A stretch of DNA of 25,570 nucleotides from a virus (IMGVR_UViG_3300023214_000226:1-25570); one strand, 5' to 3'; positions 1 to 7,220 are shown, counted from the stretch's first letter. Numbers and translations: made by a program. The notes: generated by a model from the sequence alone, not told the origin.

Positions 1-2
1 TC

Positions 3-113
3 GATGCCCGCAAGGGAGTAGCAGTCGTCCTGCTCACAGCACCCCCAGTCGTGCATGTCTTGGGGGGTAAGCTCGGTGTCGGTCCAATGCTCGGATCGGG
101 GCGCGTCGGTCAT
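3..113 (-). CDS. Hypothetical protein, N-terminal part (continues beyond left edge)
   Basis: ATG at 113 with GAGGAGG SD just downstream of the ssb stop; reads MTDAPRSEHWTDTELTPQDMHDWGCCEQDDCYSLAGI with no stop before the edge. Confidence 0.6.
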   Translation of the reverse strand, partial: MTDAPRSEHWTDTELTPQDMHDWGCCEQDDCYSLAGI

Positions 114-131
114 CGCTTGTGCTCCTCCTCG

Positions 132-578
132 TCAGAACGGGATGTCGTCGTCGTCCACCATCGCAGGCCGCGCCGGCGGCGGGTTCTTCTTGCCGCCCGC
201 GGCCTTCTTGCGCGCAGGCTGCTTAGCACCATGATTCCGGGAACCCTCGCCGCCGCCGCCGGGCAGGAAGCGCACGTTGAGCGCCACGATCTCCGTCGTC
301 TTGCGCTCGTGGCCGTCCCGGTCCTCCCAGCTCCGCGTCTGCAGGCGGCCCTCGACGAGCACCGGGTCGCCCTTGCTTAGGTACTTCGCGACCGCTTCGG
401 CGGTGCCCCCGAAGACCACGATGCGGTGCCACTCGGTCTGCTCCTGGCGCTCCCCGGCCGCGTCCGTGTAGGACTCGTCCGTGGCCATCGTCCAGGTCGC
501 CACCGGCTTTCCGGCCTGCGTGTAGCGGAGCTCGGGGTCGCGGCCGAGACGGCCCGCGAGAATCACTCTCTGGTACAT
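132..578 (-). CDS. ssb: Single-stranded DNA-binding protein
   Basis: OB-fold motifs [38 protein letters not shown]; acidic C-terminal tip DDDDIPF; GGGAGG SD. Confidence 0.97.
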   Translation of the reverse strand: MYQRVILAGRLGRDPELRYTQAGKPVATWTMATDESYTDAAGERQEQTEWHRIVVFGGTAEAVAKYLSKGDPVLVEGRLQTRSWEDRDGHERKTTEIVALNVRFLPGGGGEGSRNHGAKQPARKKAAGGKKNPPPARPAMVDDDDIPF

Positions 579-602
579 GGGTGCCTCCCAGGTTGAGGGC
601 GC

Positions 603-666
603 AGTGTCATACGAACATCGGGGCCCGTCAACCCCCTGTTAGTCATACGGGCCCCGATGGTACGCT
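603..666. promoter_or_regulatory. Divergent promoter/operator region with a 13-bp inverted repeat
   Basis: CATCGGGGCCCGT (616-628) / ACGGGCCCCGATG (647-659); leftward TTGACG-N17-GACACT (631-603); rightward extended -10 TGgTACGCT (658-666); direct repeat GTCATACG at 606 and 642. Confidence 0.6.
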
Positions 667-698
667 GGCGCGACCACAGGGAGGGAGGGGGCAGCCTG

Positions 699-738
699 AA
701 CGCAAGACGGCCCGGTGACGGGGTGCCACCGGGCCGTC
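699..738 (-). terminator. Strong hairpin, possible minus-strand intrinsic terminator
   Basis: Perfect 12-bp stem GACGGCCCGGTG (706-717) / CACCGGGCCGTC (727-738), followed on the minus strand by TTGCGTT. Confidence 0.5.
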
Positions 739-816
739 GAGGCTGGATCGATCTGGTGTCCCTGGGAGGACGTCCGGATCGTACCCTCTCCGCGCTGAGC
801 CGACAAGGGGGGGGCG

Positions 817-1218
817 ATGGGGGTCTGGATCGACGACGCGCTCGAGCAGCTCGAGCTGGAGCGCACGGCGAAACGCCTGGATTTCGCTCAGGTCTCACCG
901 GAGCGGGTGCGCCGGCTGCGGGCCATGAGGCCTCGAGGGGTCGACTACCAGGAGCGGCAGATCCGCTGCTGGGTGGCGCGCACGCTGCCAGAGCTCGAGG
1001 CCCGCTGGCCGGGGGGGACTCCGCGCAGCCGCTGGCAGCGGCTCGTCAACTGGTGGCGGCGGGCCTCCTGGCGCGAGGTGCAGGAGTGCGAGCTCTGGGT
1101 CTACCACGCCGCGCTTGACGAGGCGCGCCGATCCGCCGAAGGTGGTGGGTCCCGGCCCGATGAGGAGCCGGAGGTAGAGCCTGGGGGGCAGCTCTTGATC
1201 TCGTCGAGCCAGCTTTGA
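817..1218 (+). CDS. Hypothetical protein, possible replication initiator/helicase-loader-like
   Basis: 133 aa, G-rich SD, stop overlaps the start of the helicase gene; RWQRLVNWWRRA loosely recalls the C-terminal NWxRR motif of phage replisome organisers (weak). Confidence 0.6.
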   Translation: MGVWIDDALEQLELERTAKRLDFAQVSPERVRRLRAMRPRGVDYQERQIRCWVARTLPELEARWPGGTPRSRWQRLVNWWRRASWREVQECELWVYHAALDEARRSAEGGGSRPDEEPEVEPGGQLLISSSQL

Positions 1219-2327
1219 GGCGGCCGCCGCTCGCGCCCGTCCCCGACCCGCCGCAGGAGCCTGGGGCAGGGGCGCTGCTGGACGATCTGCGGTGGACCTG
1301 GCGGACCTCTCCCGGCCTTGCCATCTCCGAGGCCATGCGCTGGAGCGAGGACGAGCTGGCCGAGCTGGCCGGCCAGGCCGGCGCAGACCCGTCGGCGAAT
1401 GAGCTGCTCCTCCTGCTCGACGACCTTCGCCGGCGCCCCGAGCCTACGGCGGAGCGGCTGCGGCGCATCATCGTCCAATCCTACGAGTCGTCGGCAGGCC
1501 TCGTGCCTGACCCGCGTGTAGCCGACGAGGAGCGCGCGCTCGCGCCACGCTGGAGCGCCGGCAACCAGTCGGTGCAACAGGCCCTGGGTGGCTTCCAAGG
1601 GTTGACGGTGCTCGCGGGCGCGACGGGGCTCGGCAAGAGCTCGTGGGCGCTCTCCTCGGCGCTCTCGGCGGCGCTCGACGGGCAGGGCCGGATCGCGGTC
1701 GTCTATCTCAATGCCGAGCTCGACCGGCCGACGGTCTCGCACTACGTCCGCCGCTGGCTGCGGTCGCACGGGCTCCTCGACGCCCCCGACGAGCTGGCGC
1801 TCCTCGGTCGCACCTTCCATCACTTTGAAGTGACACCAGCCGTCACGTTGCAGCGGATGGCGGAGGCGGTGCAGAGCGGGATCACGGGCGCGACCGAGCG
1901 GGTGCTGGTGGTGATCGACACCGTGAACACGCTGGCGGAGAAGCTCGTCACGGAGGCCGGGACGTCAGCGGAGTTCCAGGCGCTTCGCTCCATCGGGCTC
2001 TGGGCGATGGAGGCCCGGAGGCTGTCCAATGGCGACATAGGCTGCCTGCTCGTCTCGGAGACGAACAAGGAGGGCGGCATCTACGGGGCCAAGCTCCACA
2101 AGTGGGCGGACCTGGCCTTGCTGATGACCGACTCCGACGTGCCCACCCTGATCGACGTCCGCGTCGTCAAGGGGCGCTACGTCGGCTCGCCGACCCTCGG
2201 AGCATTCCGGTTCGATCCCGACACGGGCCTGCACCAGAAGGTCGACCCGAGCCTCCCGAACTCCGGCCAGGGGCTGGCGGCGGGCGTGGCGGGGTGGTGG
2301 CACGAGGGAGAGTCGGTCGATGAGTAA
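1215..2327 (+). CDS. DnaB/RecA-family (SF4-like) P-loop ATPase, probable replicative helicase
   Basis: Walker A GATGLGKS, catalytic Glu YLNAEL, Walker B VVIDTV, H3-like LVSETN, H4-like KWADLALLM, Arg-finger-like KGR; TTG start coupled to upstream TGA. Confidence 0.8.
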   Translation: MRRPPLAPVPDPPQEPGAGALLDDLRWTWRTSPGLAISEAMRWSEDELAELAGQAGADPSANELLLLLDDLRRRPEPTAERLRRIIVQSYESSAGLVPDPRVADEERALAPRWSAGNQSVQQALGGFQGLTVLAGATGLGKSSWALSSALSAALDGQGRIAVVYLNAELDRPTVSHYVRRWLRSHGLLDAPDELALLGRTFHHFEVTPAVTLQRMAEAVQSGITGATERVLVVIDTVNTLAEKLVTEAGTSAEFQALRSIGLWAMEARRLSNGDIGCLLVSETNKEGGIYGAKLHKWADLALLMTDSDVPTLIDVRVVKGRYVGSPTLGAFRFDPDTGLHQKVDPSLPNSGQGLAAGVAGWWHEGESVDE

Positions 2328-2514
2328 GCGACGCACTCCGCTGCCCCAGCCGGCGGTGACGGATGTGCCGTGCCCTTTGTGCGGCGACGTCACCGGGAAG
2401 CACCTGGTCTCGTCGAGCACGGGCGCAGGGTACGCGTGTCCGGAGTGCCGGAGCTGGATCTCGGTGCGGGGACTCTCGCACTACCTGGCGCCCAGGAGGA
2501 GGCGAGGAGCATGA
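2320..2514 (+). CDS. Small zinc-ribbon protein
   Basis: 64 aa with CPLC and CPEC; overlaps both neighbours (translational coupling). Confidence 0.75.
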   Translation: MSKRRTPLPQPAVTDVPCPLCGDVTGKHLVSSSTGAGYACPECRSWISVRGLSHYLAPRRRRGA

Positions 2515-2864
2515 GCGAGCCGCGGGCGATAGGCGGGCTCCTCGAGGAAATCATGCAGGCGTGGCGCGTCTCGCGGCCGTGGGTGCGAGGGGCCGCTGCC
2601 GCCCGTGGCCCCGCACCTCCCCCGGCTCCCATCCCGGAGCCTGCGCGTGCGACGTGGCGCGCCCGGATCGAGGCCGAGGAGCGTCGCGCCTTGCTCATGG
2701 AGCATCACGGAGGCCTGGGCTGGGTGTGGTCGCTGCGGGCCCGGAGCTGCGTGCTCTGCGGCGACGTGCATCGGATGCGGGTGCACGTCCCGGACACCCA
2801 CACGGTCGTCGCATCGTACTTCTGTTGGGAGTGCGACGTGGACATGCGCTCTCGGGAGACGTGA
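2511..2864 (+). CDS. Hypothetical protein with C-terminal zinc finger
   Basis: ATG 2511 (ATGA overlap, GAGGAG SD); MSEPRAIGGLLEEIMQAW start, with CVLC and CWEC. Confidence 0.7.
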   Translation: MSEPRAIGGLLEEIMQAWRVSRPWVRGAAAARGPAPPPAPIPEPARATWRARIEAEERRALLMEHHGGLGWVWSLRARSCVLCGDVHRMRVHVPDTHTVVASYFCWECDVDMRSRET

Positions 2865-3208
2865 TGCCGAAGGCCTCAGCCGGAGCCGTTTGCAACGTGG
2901 AGCGGTGGTGCCTGGTGGACGCGATGACAGGGCTCTGCGTCCATTGTGGGCGCCCATGGCGCCTCGTGCGGATGAACCCTGACGGGAAGCGTCCGAACGG
3001 ATCGATGCGGCAGGCGGCGGCGGCGCTGCCCCGGTCGAGAGTGCGCCCGGACGAGCTCGACGTGTGGGAGTCGTTGCAGCGAGGGGAGCTCTATCGCGAG
3101 ATGCAGGCCCGTCTCAGTCTGAGCCAGTCACGCGTCACCTGGCTCACGAAACGGATGGCGCAGAGGGCGGGCTACGATGACCCGCCCAAGGAAGAGTCAC
3201 ACGACTGA
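2864..3208 (+). CDS. Cys-containing protein with C-terminal HTH-like segment (putative regulator)
   Basis: TGATG coupling at 2862-2866; CVHC; ELDVWESLQRGELYREMQARLSLSQSRVTWLTKRM resembles LuxR/sigma-4-type HTH. Confidence 0.6.
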   Translation: MPKASAGAVCNVERWCLVDAMTGLCVHCGRPWRLVRMNPDGKRPNGSMRQAAAALPRSRVRPDELDVWESLQRGELYREMQARLSLSQSRVTWLTKRMAQRAGYDDPPKEESHD

Positions 3209-3268
3209 AGGACCATTCGAACCGCCCCGTTCGGTCCGAAATCTCAACGGGGCAGCGGGAGGAGATCC

Positions 3269-3622
3269 GTGCCGTTTCGGCAGCTTCGGCGAGAGCGGTC
3301 CACCTGCCCGGTCTGCGACCCGGACGGTCGCGGCATCCGGCTCACGGGCCCGACCTGGGTCCTGCGGATGGTGGACCTGCCCGAGCTCCCGCATCGCGTC
3401 GCGACATGCGATCGCTGCGGACGGCTCTGGGATCTGGAGCAGGGAGCGTGGACGGAGATCTCCTGGCCCGCCGGCTCGTCCCCGTCATCGGACGTGCAGC
3501 CTGCCCTGCAGCTCGAGCGCGGTAGCCGGGAAGAACCCGGTGGTGGCGCGCCAGGCCCGTCCGACCCGGGGGCGGGGGTGCTCGAGCTCCAGGGAGGGGG
3601 TGAAGACAGCCCGCTGCGCTAG
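3269..3622 (+). CDS. Small zinc-finger protein
   Basis: GGAGGAG SD plus GTG start; CPVC and CDRC; disordered C-terminus. Confidence 0.7.
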   Translation: MPFRQLRRERSTCPVCDPDGRGIRLTGPTWVLRMVDLPELPHRVATCDRCGRLWDLEQGAWTEISWPAGSSPSSDVQPALQLERGSREEPGGGAPGPSDPGAGVLELQGGGEDSPLR

Positions 3623-3843
3623 CCGTTGCTCGCGGCTCGTCGGCCCCTCGGCCCAGGAGGGGAGGCGAGGCCGGGCCCCCTTGGTGCAGGGCCCGGCACT
3701 CGCGGCGGGACTTCATGGGAGATGGACTCTCCGAGCACAACCCCCCCCCAACGGGTGCTCGGAGAGTACATGAGTCGGTGGTCCTTAGCACCACGGAGTA
3801 ACCCGGGGTCCGTCCGCAACCCGGCCGTGACCGGATCTGTCAC
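3621..3843. repeat. Cluster of inverted repeats between convergent operons
   Basis: GCGAG-GCCGGGCCC (3665-3678)/GGGCCCGGC-A-CTCGC (3689-3703); perfect 13-bp ACTCTCCGAGCAC (3726-3738)/GTGCTCGGAGAGT (3755-3767) with a C9 loop; several short stems. Confidence 0.7.
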
Positions 3844-3994
3844 ACCCCCGGAGGGCGGTACGCCAGAATCGGGCGAAGGGGGGGCGAGCTCGCGTCGACG
3901 CGGGCAAGGGCCGTGCCGCCGCTCTCGCCCCTACGCCGCCCAGACGGAGCCCGCCGCGCGCAGGCGCGTCTCGAGGAGCCCCAGCCGCTCAGAG

Positions 3995-4339
3995 TCAGTC
4001 ATCGGAGCCACGCGGAGACGGCATCACGCTCACCACACCGACGATCAGACGGTCCGTCTCGAATCGCAGCACCGCTCGGAGCGCGCACAATGTGACCAGA
4101 CCCGGGACGTGGTCGCCCGTCTCGACGTGAGAGACCGTCCCCTGCGTGAGCCCCGCACGCCTCGCGAGCTCACTCTGCGAGAGCCCGCGAGCCCGGCGTA
4201 GGCAACGGATCCGCGCGCCCAAGCGCGCCGCGTCGACGACCACCGACGCCACACTGGCATCCGGTAGCTCCGGGAGCAGACCCCCCTGCAGGCGCTCGGG
4301 CAGACTGCCATCGGTCCAGGAGTCGGCGGTGCTGCTCAT
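3995..4339 (-). CDS. XRE-family helix-turn-helix regulator
   Basis: LGARIRCLRRARGLSQSELARRAGLTQGTVSHVETG is a canonical HTH_XRE; ATG 4339 with GGAGG SD and ATGA overlap with the upstream gene. Confidence 0.9.
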   Translation of the reverse strand: MSSTADSWTDGSLPERLQGGLLPELPDASVASVVVDAARLGARIRCLRRARGLSQSELARRAGLTQGTVSHVETGDHVPGLVTLCALRAVLRFETDRLIVGVVSVMPSPRGSDD

Positions 4340-4653
4340 GTCGACCGCCTCCGCCCGATCCGGGCGATTGGCTGGCCGACCAGGTCGGCGCAGAGCGGGC
4401 AGCGAAGCGCGCCGTGCCTCTGCAGGCGGTCGTGGGCGCGTCCTACGGCGCCGAGCGCATGCAGCAGCTCCGCCCACAACGGGCGGCGCCGCCGGCCGGC
4501 GCGGAAGAGCCTGGCGCATCGGCGGCAGAGCCCGTGCGTGCGTGTCTCGACGGCGCGGCCGCTCCACGGCCAGACCCGCACCCACCGCCGGCGGCAACGG
4601 ACGCCCGGAGCGCCTTGACATCGGTAGAACGCCAGAGTCCAGCGTGCTTGCAT
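4336..4653 (-). CDS. Basic Cys-rich hypothetical protein
   Basis: ATG 4653 with AAAGGGGG SD; 105 aa; CRRC and CPLC; coupled to the XRE gene. Confidence 0.6.
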   Translation of the reverse strand: MQARWTLAFYRCQGAPGVRCRRRWVRVWPWSGRAVETRTHGLCRRCARLFRAGRRRRPLWAELLHALGAVGRAHDRLQRHGALRCPLCADLVGQPIARIGRRRST

Positions 4654-4678
4654 GGCGTAACCCCCTTTCGACGTGGAT

Positions 4679-4707
4679 ACTATGCTACGCAGGAGGAAAA
4701 CGGACAA
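4679..4707 (-). promoter_or_regulatory. Candidate leftward promoter for the XRE operon
   Basis: TTGTCC-N17-CATAGT on the minus strand just upstream of the SD; locally AT-richer divergent gap. Confidence 0.35.
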
Positions 4708-4813
4708 CCATCGCCTCGGCCGGTATTGGAGCCGCTCGCGGCAGCGGCGTTGCCAGGCCGACACCTGGGAGTGCTAATGAGGATGGTGCGGCGCGCCTCG
4801 GAGGCTCGAGATC

Positions 4814-5164
4814 GTGACGCAGGAGGGTGACACGGGCGGCATTCTGCGCGTGGGCGTGCGCCCCGGGTACGAGGGCCTCGCGCGGATGCTGGTCGCCGCG
4901 CTCGAGCACGCCCAACGGCACAAGGGGCACGCGCGTCACGGATCGTCCCCGATATTCGAGGAGCAACACATGCTGACGATCCGCTCTGAGGTCGGCGACG
5001 GATTCACGTGGGGGCAAGCCCTAAAAAAAGCGCGCGAGGCGCGGCGCCGCGGCGACCTGGCTGGGGCGTTGACCGAGATCCACGGCGCCATCGCCTATCT
5101 GGCGGGTGAGGGGCTCGCGCTCGAGCGTGAGCTCGGAGGGGCTGGCCGTGTTCCGAAGCGCTGA
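4814..5164 (+). CDS. Conserved-looking all-alpha phage hypothetical protein
   Basis: GGAGG SD plus GTG; pattern YEGLARML...KGHARHG...FEEQ...GQALKK...EIHGAIAYLAG resembles an uncharacterised phage family recalled from memory. Confidence 0.7.
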   Translation: MTQEGDTGGILRVGVRPGYEGLARMLVAALEHAQRHKGHARHGSSPIFEEQHMLTIRSEVGDGFTWGQALKKAREARRRGDLAGALTEIHGAIAYLAGEGLALERELGGAGRVPKR

Positions 5165-5672
5165 TCACGCGGTGGCCATGTGGGTGGAAGAAAGCTCGCG
5201 CCGGCGGGCGCCGAAGGGCCTCGATCCGGTCGCGATACGAGGCCGGATCTACGCAGACAGGTGTCCACGCTGCGCGCATTCCTCACACCAGCGTGTGGTC
5301 AACCGGCGGCGGGAAGCGGAGGAGCGCTGCGCGCGCTGCGGAAACCCGTGGCCCTGTCGCGAGGCCGAGATTCTCAAGGGCCAGGTCGACGTCGGTCGCC
5401 GCCTGGGAGGCGACCAGAGCGCGCTTGATCTGGTCGCAGAGCTCTCGCGCCTGATCCACCGCGTGCCAAGCCCCGAGGCAGAAATCCTGGTTCTCTACGC
5501 CGGGTATGAGCGCGGGCGGGATTGGACGGCGGCTCGAGCGAACGCGGCCGGGCTCTCCGATTACGGCGGAGAGCCGTGGACGCCGGAACGCATCCGTCGG
5601 GCGGTCCGCGATGCGCGGCGAGCCCTCGAGGCGGAGCTTGAGCGGGCTGGCCTGCTCCAGGTGATGGCGTGA
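5148..5672 (+). CDS. Putative late-gene regulator (zinc finger plus C-terminal HTH; Q-like position)
   Basis: GGAGGG SD plus GTG 5148; CPRC and CARC; C-terminal EAEILVLY...WTPERIRRAVRDARRALEAEL is sigma-4/HTH-like; last gene before the late operon. Confidence 0.6.
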   Translation: MFRSADHAVAMWVEESSRRRAPKGLDPVAIRGRIYADRCPRCAHSSHQRVVNRRREAEERCARCGNPWPCREAEILKGQVDVGRRLGGDQSALDLVAELSRLIHRVPSPEAEILVLYAGYERGRDWTAARANAAGLSDYGGEPWTPERIRRAVRDARRALEAELERAGLLQVMA

Positions 5673-5875
5673 CAGGTATGCGAAACGCGCATGACCCCTT
5701 GTGCTGCGCCCCGCGGTGCGGCTTGCTCCCGCGAGACTGCGCGAGGTGTGGCTGAGGGGCCGGCCGCACACCGGCGCCGTCGGTCATGGCTGAGCCGTCG
5801 CGCCATCCCCTTTTGGCGCGCGCTTCCGCGCCGGCGCGGCGGCTTGGTCTGACTCCTGCCCGCATCGGGAGCAGC

Positions 5876-6472
5876 ATGGCCGGGCTCACGATTGACACCA
5901 ACCTCCCGGAGGTGCAGGCGAAGCTCGGACGGATCGGGCGCCGTCAAGTCCCATTCGCGACGGTACTGGCACTCACCCGTACGGCCCAGGACGGCCAGGA
6001 GGCCGTCCGCAGTGAGCTCCCCAGGCGCTTCACGCTCCGCAGCTCGTGGCTGCAACGCGGTATTCGCGTTCAGGCCGCGAACAAGGCTCGGCCGGTCGCG
6101 CGGGTCTGGTCGCGAGACGCGTTCATGGTCCTGCAGGAGGTCGGCGGCACGAAGAGCCCGCGTGGGCGGGCCATCGCGATCCCGAAGGCGATCCGTCGCT
6201 CCGAGCGCTCGCGGATCCCGAGGAGCCGCCGCCCGCGGGCGATTCTTAGGCGTCCGCGGACCTTTGTCGCGCCCCTGCGCGGTGGGGATGCAGGGATCTT
6301 CCAGCGCCGCGGCCGCCGTGGCGCGGTCCGATTGCTCTACGCCCTCGAGACCGACCCGGTGCGGATCGATCCGCGGTGGGGGTTCCGCTCCACCGTCCAG
6401 GACGTCGTGGATCGCACGTTCGCGGGCCACTTTGGCCGCGCGCTGGCGCGCGCTCTCGCCACGGCACGCTAG
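5876..6472 (+). CDS. Phage tail-completion/neck protein, lambda gpZ / HK97-gp10-like
   Basis: ATG 5876 with GGGAG SD; QVPFATVLALTRTA motif, very basic, GIFQRRG; such genes often precede Nu1 in lambda-type prophages. Confidence 0.7.
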   Translation: MAGLTIDTNLPEVQAKLGRIGRRQVPFATVLALTRTAQDGQEAVRSELPRRFTLRSSWLQRGIRVQAANKARPVARVWSRDAFMVLQEVGGTKSPRGRAIAIPKAIRRSERSRIPRSRRPRAILRRPRTFVAPLRGGDAGIFQRRGRRGAVRLLYALETDPVRIDPRWGFRSTVQDVVDRTFAGHFGRALARALATAR

Positions 6473-6482
6473 GAGGCGTCGC

Positions 6483-6830
6483 GTGGGAGATCACTATCGC
6501 CGCCGCCCGTTGTCCGGGTCGGAGTTCCACGTCCGCCTCGAGCGCCTCCTCGAGCTCGAGCCGGGCCTCTCCGTCACAGGAGGCGCCCGGTCAAAATCTC
6601 GGAGTGTCGCGCTCGGCGCGAGCGAGGGCGATAGGCACCGGCACGACCGCGCCGGCGTAGCGGCCGACCTGGTGCACGACGGCCAAGCCGATCCTGAGGT
6701 CCGGGATCGCGTCCTGGGCTACGCGAAAATCCTGGGACTGTGGGGCGTCTGGCACGACGTGGGACAGGGACTGCATCTGCACACGCAGAGCGTCCCGCCC
6801 GGCTACGATGGGCCCGAACTCCGACCCTGA
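6483..6830 (+). CDS. Peptidase M15-like (Hedgehog/DD-peptidase fold) zinc peptidase, candidate endolysin
   Basis: AGGAGG SD plus GTG 6483, within the track ORF 5892..6830; SVTGGARS...H...AADL...HLH matches the M15A pattern. Confidence 0.65.
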   Translation: MGDHYRRRPLSGSEFHVRLERLLELEPGLSVTGGARSKSRSVALGASEGDRHRHDRAGVAADLVHDGQADPEVRDRVLGYAKILGLWGVWHDVGQGLHLHTQSVPPGYDGPELRP

Positions 6831-6881
6831 CCAAGCGCTGCGCGGAAAGCGCAACGCGTTCGCATGAGGGAGAGCTGCGCC

Positions 6882-7181
6882 ATGGCACTCGCCGCGAACG
6901 TCTACTATGCGCCGCGCTGCGCGCCTCTGGGGTCGTGCTGCCCGTTGTGTCGCTTCGATCCGTGCCAGTGTGCGCCGCATGAGCGCGGTCCCCACGCTGC
7001 GATGCAAGAGCTCGTCGCAGAAGATCTCGAAAGGCTGCTGCGCGAGAGCGGTCCTCACTCTTGCCGAATCGTGGCCCGCTGGCTGGCGCACCTCTGGGCA
7101 GAGATCCGCGACGATGCTTCGCGACTCGCCCTCGCCGAGAAACTCATGCAGGACAGGCGTGCGGGGGAAAATGGGTCCTAG
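6882..7181 (+). CDS. Cys-rich hypothetical protein
   Basis: GAGGGAG SD plus ATG 6882; CCPLC and CQC; helical C-terminus. Confidence 0.55.
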   Translation: MALAANVYYAPRCAPLGSCCPLCRFDPCQCAPHERGPHAAMQELVAEDLERLLRESGPHSCRIVARWLAHLWAEIRDDASRLALAEKLMQDRRAGENGS

Positions 7182-7220
7182 GTCGGCCCCCCCGTCCACG
7201 GGTGACGCGCGAAGCGTTTG
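7173..7220 (+). other. Putative cos packaging site (cosQ plus cosN region)
   Basis: GGGTCCT at 7173-7179 is identical to lambda cosQ and lies about 100 bp upstream of a Nu1-like gene; followed by CCACGGGTGACGCGCG at a similar distance to lambda cosN. Confidence 0.6.

Noticed and set aside
3619-4002. Possible readthrough of TAG at 3931-3933 joining the 23-aa ORF to 3619..3843
   Set aside because: The frames do line up, but the product is low-complexity Pro/Gly/Arg, and TAG is a normal stop for many genes here, so recoding is unsupported
3626-4201. 191-aa plus-strand ORF across the hairpin region
   Set aside because: Arg/Pro/Ser-rich, no motif, and overlaps the antisense XRE gene
4615-4645. 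Perfect TTGACA at 4615-4620
   Set aside because: No -10 element at 16-18 bp spacing, and it lies within a minus-strand CDS
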